Source: an uncultured Verrucomicrobiae bacterium
Lineage (GTDB): Bacteria > Verrucomicrobiota > Verrucomicrobiia > Chthoniobacterales > JAFAMB01
Length of the DNA: 64,000 nt
NCBI GenBank assembly: GCA_963837955.1
Contig: CAWIPH010000002.1
Span: forward strand, 3,232,001-3,296,000
Direction of reading: 5' to 3'
This document shows positions 58,305 through 64,000 of the stretch, in pieces (the stretch's first letter is position 1; every line of letters begins with the position of its first letter). A model generated the notes under the pieces. It was not told the origin of the DNA, did not search any database, and saw only the letters and a program-made list of their open reading frames with translations. The position numbers and the translations under genes were made by a program.

Positions 58305-58748
58305 CTAAGCATCAGAGCCGCTTAATCGGAGCAGAATGCGTCTGAAACTATCCAGCTGCTCGGCCGTCAGAATTTTTTCAACGTCGGCGCGCTCCGCCTC
58401 CATTATTTCATCGGTCGCCGCGCGAAGCTCTTGTTCTTTCTTGGCACGCTCCTCCTCGGTCAACCCAGCCAACCGGATGTCACCGGCTTGGTCTGAGAGC
58501 TTCTGGCCATATTCCGTAGCGAGTTTTGCGATCTTCTCGCTCTGATCGGCGGTCAGTTTAAGTTCGGCTTTCATGTTGTCCGTCTGGAGCAGCAACATCG
58601 GATCGAACCCAAACGGGTTGGCCACCGGACGACGTTTGAGCCATCGAGGCATACTCGCGTCATCGCCGGCGTGTGTCGGCGCCGAGAAGGCGATCAAAAT
58701 AGTGACACAACCCAAGAGCAATGTTTGCGTATTTCCTACTTTCATCAT
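58305..58748 (-). CDS. Periplasmic helical protein with LTxxQ motifs (Spy/CpxP-like)
   Basis: Signal peptide (THA), 'LKLTADQ' and 'ILTAEQ'. Confidence 0.6.
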   Translation of the reverse strand: MMKVGNTQTLLLGCVTILIAFSAPTHAGDDASMPRWLKRRPVANPFGFDPMLLLQTDNMKAELKLTADQSEKIAKLATEYGQKLSDQAGDIRLAGLTEEERAKKEQELRAATDEIMEAERADVEKILTAEQLDSFRRILLRLSGSDA

Positions 58749-58765
58749 TCTTCTAGCAAAGGCTG

Positions 58766-60172
58766 CTATCCTAGTCGGCGAGGGATCAGTCCGGCGGCTC
58801 GCAAAACGAGAGGCACGTCCCGGACCGTTTGGCGATCCTTCTCCTTTTCGGATTCTGGTAGCTCGTCATATGGCACAAGCATCGGATGACGGCGTAGCTC
58901 GTTATCCCGTATCTTACCGTAGGTCCAACCGGCTAGCCTGCGATCGGCGCTCCAGCGCAAGTGTTCCAACTTCGCCAAACTTTCAAACTCCTCCTTTGAG
59001 AAGACGATGGGAGGCCCCTTCGTCTGCTGATCATTTTCCAGCCCATAGCCAAGCAAACTGAGTTTATACAGGATGTGGTCTGCCTGCTCCTGATTTGCCT
59101 GACGCAGATCTTCGCCAATTTGATCCCATGATCGGAGGCTGGAATTGTCCATGACCATCTCGCCGGCTGCCACGCGCGACTCGCAGTAGCGTTCGTGGAT
59201 TGACCTCGGTAAGCCGAAACGCCCTTCCTCCTGAAAGCGTTCGATCGACGCAATACAGGAAAGATCGCCAAAAAATCGGATGCTTCCCAAGTCAGCTCCC
59301 CACTCAAATCTTTTTCTGAGGATATTGTTTAATCTTTTACTTCGGAAATCGGTGACATAGGTCCCAGCGAATCGGCTCAGGGTTTTCTTTTCGCCGGTGC
59401 CGAGCAGCATTTCAAGAGCTTTCGCACCTTCCGCCAGGATTAAAACTCGAGTCGGAAGCACCAGAGATTCCAAAACAGTATGTAAGCCGGTATCGGAAGA
59501 GTGGAGCGTCAAAAGACAAGCCTCCTTGAGCTCTGGATAGGCGGCTCGAATATGCGCCGCGTATTCGCAGGGTACCGCCCAATCCAAGGTCGGCTTGGCG
59601 CCGTCCAGTTGTCCTCCCAGTCGAGCAATCTTTAACGCGAGCGATTCGGCAATGGGGCCCGATCCGGCGAGCAAGAAGCTATCAGCGGTTACTAGAGATC
59701 GGGTACTTTGCGTGAAATGTTCGTAGACGAAGTCCCTCGCGATATCCTGTTCCGGCAAGAAAAATCGGATGGCCATACGGGGGTTCGCTTCGGGAGACAA
59801 AGCACCCCGACGCACGGTCGAGAAACTTTCAATTGTTGGAGCCCCGACAAAAACTTGAAATGCGGTGCGCCGGCCTTTTGGTTCCAGGAAATCCGCCGTG
59901 TTGGTCAACCACAAGACCATCTCGCAGAGGTCGGCAGGGAATAGCAATAGGTGAGAAGCTTCGCTCAATCCAAACTGGGGAAGAAAGGTCGAGAAATTGA
60001 TCGGCTCGAACGGGAGTGCATTTGCGGCCGCAATCGAGACTGCGATGGAATCCGGTGCTGCAATTAATCTGGTAGTAATACCCTGCCTGGCCAGATCGAC
60101 GGCAGCTAGTCCGGCAAAGGTCGAATCCCCGGCTACAAAGAACCGAACATTCTTGAGTGAACCATTTCTCAT
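58766..60172 (-). CDS. RyR (ryanodine receptor repeat) domain protein with degenerate Rossmann/TrkA-N-like domains
   Basis: C-terminal 'IHERY...WDQI...N..QADH' and 'LEHLRW...GWTYG..RD..LRRHPMLVPYDELPESEKEKDR'; Rossmann-like 'FFVAGDS' and 'LLAGSGPIA'. Confidence 0.8.
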   Translation of the reverse strand: MRNGSLKNVRFFVAGDSTFAGLAAVDLARQGITTRLIAAPDSIAVSIAAANALPFEPINFSTFLPQFGLSEASHLLLFPADLCEMVLWLTNTADFLEPKGRRTAFQVFVGAPTIESFSTVRRGALSPEANPRMAIRFFLPEQDIARDFVYEHFTQSTRSLVTADSFLLAGSGPIAESLALKIARLGGQLDGAKPTLDWAVPCEYAAHIRAAYPELKEACLLTLHSSDTGLHTVLESLVLPTRVLILAEGAKALEMLLGTGEKKTLSRFAGTYVTDFRSKRLNNILRKRFEWGADLGSIRFFGDLSCIASIERFQEEGRFGLPRSIHERYCESRVAAGEMVMDNSSLRSWDQIGEDLRQANQEQADHILYKLSLLGYGLENDQQTKGPPIVFSKEEFESLAKLEHLRWSADRRLAGWTYGKIRDNELRRHPMLVPYDELPESEKEKDRQTVRDVPLVLRAAGLIPRRLG

Positions 60173-60188
60173 AACTGCAGCAGCAACA

Positions 60189-63100
60189 TCACCGCAGACC
60201 GTACCAGATCATTAGGCGCGAAATAACCAGCGCGCCCAGGCCCAGCAAAACAAGAACAACAGCGTTATACCATTCGGTCGGGATCTGGTTATACCATTTC
60301 GTCAGATCCTGCTGGTCATGTTCGGAAACAAACGGTAGCGATTTGAATCGCTGGAGCAATTTCCCCGCTCTTCCTTGCCCGTTGTGCAGGGGATTGTTGT
60401 CCCAGGTTATGCTGTCCAGCTGCGTTTTATAACGAAGAAAATACCCGTCCTGCTGAAGTTTTTTCCCTTCTACGTCTGTGCCTCCCGTCGCAGAAAGCGC
60501 CGTATCAAGTGCGTTCACAATTTTGTAGGGAGTGTTAAGCTGATCGGATAGGGTATCGTTGCGGGTCCTGATCTTCTCGGCTAAATCCTCGTTGTTTGAC
60601 GCTTCGTCGTACGGCGTTTTCAGCTTGTTATAGGCGTCATCGGCCGCTGTTCGGAGCTTCGCCACTACTCGATCAATAATCTCGATCGTCCCATAGCGAG
60701 AATTATTCAGGTGGAGCGCGATCAATCCCTCATAAGCCCAACGCGAAGGCATAAGCTCGGCTACACCCGGTATGCCTTTTTCGCTTTTCGAGGCAGAACT
60801 CGGCTGGAGGTGCAAAGCCTGCAGGGTTTGCGTCCCCCAATTTCCCAGATCGAGATGTTGTAAAGAGCTGAACTCAAAAGGGCTCGATCCGCATAAAATC
60901 AGTTGGGGCACTAGGATTAAGGGCAGCAACGTGGTTGCGCCTGCGGAGCTGATGTTAGGTACGCTTGAGAGCATGAGGCCCAGACCTACACCCACTGCAG
61001 AAACCAGCCACAGAAACAGGGTATAAAAAAAGAAGAGCTCGTGGACCTCCAAAAGCCAGAGCGTAATAGCGGTGTAGAGAGCAATTGGAACAAAATTCGT
61101 CGCAACGAGCGTCACAAATTTTGAGGCCAACCAAATAGTGAGGTTGACCTTCAGGAGACGCTCACGACGCATGATCGCTCGCTCCCTGAGAATCTCCGTA
61201 ATGCTCGAAGACATCCCCAAGAAAAGCGCCACGATAGCCGAGAGAAACGGATAAGACAGAAAGAGGCGATTCTTGTCCAAACCGTAAGCGGCATCGAAAA
61301 AGGGAACGGGAAACAGACCGAATGACCTCACAAATTTGACGGGGTCGCTGCTGGAGTAACTACGCAAGATGAGGCCGGTAATAATCCCTAGGACACAGGC
61401 AGCACCAACCAGGGAAATCAATCCGGAATAGTCTCGGAGTTTACACTTTATGGATCGGCTCAATAATACGAGGTTTTGGACGAGGGAAAGTTGACTAGCC
61501 GGCGTTGTTGTCCGAAACCGCTTCAGCACCGGGGCAAGCACCGGAGATAAGTGGGTCTTCCGGAAACTCTCGAATCGTACTTTCCAGTAATGAGGCTCAA
61601 ACATCCGCCGCTCCTCGACTCGACCGTCGATTTGCCGGAATGGCGTCTCTAACGCGGCTAAAAATGCACCCGGATCAAGTTCTTCCAGTTCGGCAACATT
61701 GCTGACAGGCGCAACTCCCGCCAAGTAAGCACCGGCATTCTTCGGATCGCCATAGAACGCAGTCACTCCACCCCGGTCCAAAAGCAAAAGTCGATCAAAC
61801 AAGCGGAATAGCGTTGCGCTAGGCTGATGTATAACCACCAGAACCAGCGCTCCAGAGTCAGCGCGGGCTCGCAGGATCTGCAAGATCCTCTCTGAATCGC
61901 CTGAGGAGAGACCAGAGGTCGGCTCATCGAGAAGAAGCAGAGTTTTTGGAGTCAACAATTCCAGGGCAAGGTTCAGCCGTTTACGTTGACCGCCGCTCAA
62001 CGTCTTTCGATTGACGTCACCGACAATGAGGGTCGCCCGATCGCTCAAATCGACTTCCTGAAGCACTTCGGTGACGCGCTCTTCGATTTCCTGCTTTCCC
62101 GCGCTCGGCAGACGAAGGCGCGCCCCGTAACGCAGATTTTCCGCCACAGTGAGCGTGTCGAAAAGCAAGTCGTCCTGCGGCATGTAGCCCAAGAAACGGG
62201 GATTTTCTTTGACTAACTTCGTGAGATCGACTCCGTCGATCGTGATCGCTCCAGACGAGAGCGGCACACTGCCCGTCATCGTCCCCAGAAGCGTGGATTT
62301 TCCGCAGCCGCTCGGTCCCATCACCGCGACCATCTGGCCGCCCGTCGCTGAAAATGTTATGTCCGTAAGCCCGGGCTTGGTGCCGAACTTACAGCAAATG
62401 TTGTTCAGCTCGAGCAGACATCGAGTCGTGCGTTTCCGTTCGTCGATTTCGATGGCTTCCCCACGGGGAAGAGCCAAGATAACTTCGGCTGTCTCAGAAA
62501 CGGGAACGGTTAATCCATCGAGTTGAATCTGTTGGCCCCACTCGAATCGTTGTTCATGATCTTCCTCCCGAACTAGTAAGTGGGTTGGCTTCAGGGCAAC
62601 GGTTCGCAAATTGTGGTTCTCACTTGGACGATCCAGAATCGGCCGGCCGTTCTGGCGCAGCGTGAAACTCGGGATCCCTTTCGTTCCCGCAGTGAACCAA
62701 CGATAGAAGACTTGTAGCTCACGAAACAGCAATCGGAATTTTCCGGACTGCAGCTCGTCCAGGTAACTGAAACGAAAGGTGAATTGAGCTGGTATCGGCT
62801 TTCCGTTGAGCAGCGCATCGGCCGCCTGGCTCGACACATAATATTCTCGAAGCCGCCGGGTAACTAAAAATAGATTTGCGAGATTCGGCACATGAAAACA
62901 AGACTCCGAATCGCCGGCACCTATTTCAAAATGAACGAGCTTACTTTCGGTCGCTTCTCCCTTTGAGGCGGGATCGACAGCCACTCGAACAAACTCGAAA
63001 TCCGCAGGCGAAAGCTCGAGACCAGCGCCGATCGGCCGGAGAAAGCGGGTCCAATCCGGTTCCGCCCGTCGCAGAATCTCGCAGAGCTTAACAGCAAAAA

Positions 63101-63410
63101 ACGCCCGTGCGGAAGCGTCCCAGCGAGCATTTAGGCCCGGGAGCGCCGATTGGAAAGAGATTCCAGATTCTCTGGACTGCTCAACGGCCATTTTCAGGAC
63201 CGTGGCGCTCTCCCCAGGAAAATTAAACGCCAGGTAATCTGAAATTCCTTCGTCAATCTTGGCTCGAGCCTCTTTAGAGCGCGGGTCGTTTTCGCTGGGA
63301 AACAGCGTCGATAACGCTCCAAAGACCCTGATGATTTTCCCGGTGACATCATCCTGATAGAGGATGTTCTTCAGGAATATCGGAGTTTCTTGATCCGTCA
63401 TGGCGCGCAA
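60189..63410 (-). CDS. ABCG-type transporter (NBD + ABC-2 membrane domain) with ~330-aa N-terminal extension (TerB-like/FHA-like)
   Basis: Walker A 'GPSGCGKS', 'PQDD', 'LSGGQRKR', 'LLLDEPTSGL', 'IHQP'; C-terminal TMs with 'ERAIMRRE' and 'PSRWAYEG'. N-terminal domain identity is inferred. Confidence 0.85.
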   Translation of the reverse strand: MRAMTDQETPIFLKNILYQDDVTGKIIRVFGALSTLFPSENDPRSKEARAKIDEGISDYLAFNFPGESATVLKMAVEQSRESGISFQSALPGLNARWDASARAFFAVKLCEILRRAEPDWTRFLRPIGAGLELSPADFEFVRVAVDPASKGEATESKLVHFEIGAGDSESCFHVPNLANLFLVTRRLREYYVSSQAADALLNGKPIPAQFTFRFSYLDELQSGKFRLLFRELQVFYRWFTAGTKGIPSFTLRQNGRPILDRPSENHNLRTVALKPTHLLVREEDHEQRFEWGQQIQLDGLTVPVSETAEVILALPRGEAIEIDERKRTTRCLLELNNICCKFGTKPGLTDITFSATGGQMVAVMGPSGCGKSTLLGTMTGSVPLSSGAITIDGVDLTKLVKENPRFLGYMPQDDLLFDTLTVAENLRYGARLRLPSAGKQEIEERVTEVLQEVDLSDRATLIVGDVNRKTLSGGQRKRLNLALELLTPKTLLLLDEPTSGLSSGDSERILQILRARADSGALVLVVIHQPSATLFRLFDRLLLLDRGGVTAFYGDPKNAGAYLAGVAPVSNVAELEELDPGAFLAALETPFRQIDGRVEERRMFEPHYWKVRFESFRKTHLSPVLAPVLKRFRTTTPASQLSLVQNLVLLSRSIKCKLRDYSGLISLVGAACVLGIITGLILRSYSSSDPVKFVRSFGLFPVPFFDAAYGLDKNRLFLSYPFLSAIVALFLGMSSSITEILRERAIMRRERLLKVNLTIWLASKFVTLVATNFVPIALYTAITLWLLEVHELFFFYTLFLWLVSAVGVGLGLMLSSVPNISSAGATTLLPLILVPQLILCGSSPFEFSSLQHLDLGNWGTQTLQALHLQPSSASKSEKGIPGVAELMPSRWAYEGLIALHLNNSRYGTIEIIDRVVAKLRTAADDAYNKLKTPYDEASNNEDLAEKIRTRNDTLSDQLNTPYKIVNALDTALSATGGTDVEGKKLQQDGYFLRYKTQLDSITWDNNPLHNGQGRAGKLLQRFKSLPFVSEHDQQDLTKWYNQIPTEWYNAVVLVLLGLGALVISRLMIWYGLR

Positions 63411-63725
63411 AAACTAAAAGGTTCTAAGGAGAGCAATTCACATGAAGCTAGGAATCTCCGCTCCTCTCATCAGTCCGAGCACGCTCATTGCAGCGAACCT
63501 GGCGATTGCAGGCAAGACTGAAGATGCGCATCAATCCCTCTCGCAAATAGACTCCACAAACCTTGTTAAGCGCAGAGCAGACGGCTGATACCGCCCAGCT
63601 AACTCGCTTTCCGAATTCGGGCTGGAGGCCAAGGCCAAGCTCCGATCGAGATACGAAGAACGCAGCGCTCGGCTCGCAAAACATGCCGCGTTCGTCGTCA
63701 GCAGACCCGAGGACCAGCACTGGCC

Positions 63726-64000
63726 TCAGGTTTCGATTAGCTTGATCAGCTTAGCGCTTTGATCCCGGAGGTTGTTGACCTCTTCCTTCGTCAAAGGCTT
63801 CGTCTGGCTCTTAGTGACGAGTTCGGCAATCTGGGTCACTCCTTTGGTGATCTCCTTAAAGCTGTCGTGCGTCGGGTCCACGGTCTTGTCGCCCTTGTTG
63901 CCACCTTTCTTGTTCACTTCGCTGGTCAATGCCTTTAATTGCTGGACGATAAGCGCCGGCAGAGGGCCTTGCCGAATGATAAGTGCACCCTTTTCCGAGT
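63726..64000 (-). CDS. C-terminal part of a hypothetical helical protein (runs off right edge)
   Basis: Frame of ORF 63726..63929 stays open to the window edge (SEKGALIIRQGPLPALIVQQLKALTSEV...KLIET*). Confidence 0.55.
   Translation of the reverse strand, partial: SEKGALIIRQGPLPALIVQQLKALTSEVNKKGGNKGDKTVDPTHDSFKEITKGVTQIAELVTKSQTKPLTKEEVNNLRDQSAKLIKLIET

Noticed and set aside
63448..63720. 90-aa minus-strand ORF between the ABC gene and the edge gene
   Set aside because: No recognisable motif or convincing start; likely intergenic

Overview
Bacterial window, almost entirely coded on the minus strand. Ser/Pro/Thr-rich linkers after several signal peptides and the outer-membrane proteins suggest a Gram-negative soil organism, possibly Verrucomicrobia/Chthoniobacterales (inference only). 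Left to right: (1) part of a carbohydrate ABC importer (1-2481). (2) A ~40 kb surface-polysaccharide locus (2748-42817) ending in a clear intrinsic terminator. It holds a beta-barrel OM protein, Wza, Wzc, a NusG/RfaH paralogue, Wzm, two Wzt ATPases, a Wzy-like protein, a WcaJ-like priming transferase, an MsbA/PglK-like ABC exporter, 14 GT2/GT4 genes, 4 methyltransferase domains, 2 acyltransferases and a clan GH-A hydrolase. (3) Accessory metabolic genes (AKR, SDR, ABM, HxlR, BKACE, alpha/beta hydrolase), an unannotated 27-aa membrane peptide, a TonB-dependent receptor and a GTAG-type REP/REPIN tandem array. (4) A co-directional run (53.4-64 kb): a multi-domain ABCG-type transporter, a soluble Rossmann+RyR-repeat protein, an LTxxQ periplasmic protein, an apparently exported methyltransferase, an EamA exporter, a HemN-like radical SAM and an orphan HydE-like radical SAM. 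This run is the best candidate for an undescribed system. Many genes are split by single-base indels, several in short homopolymers, which look like long-read errors rather than real pseudogenes. No rRNA, tRNA, CRISPR or transposase was recognised.
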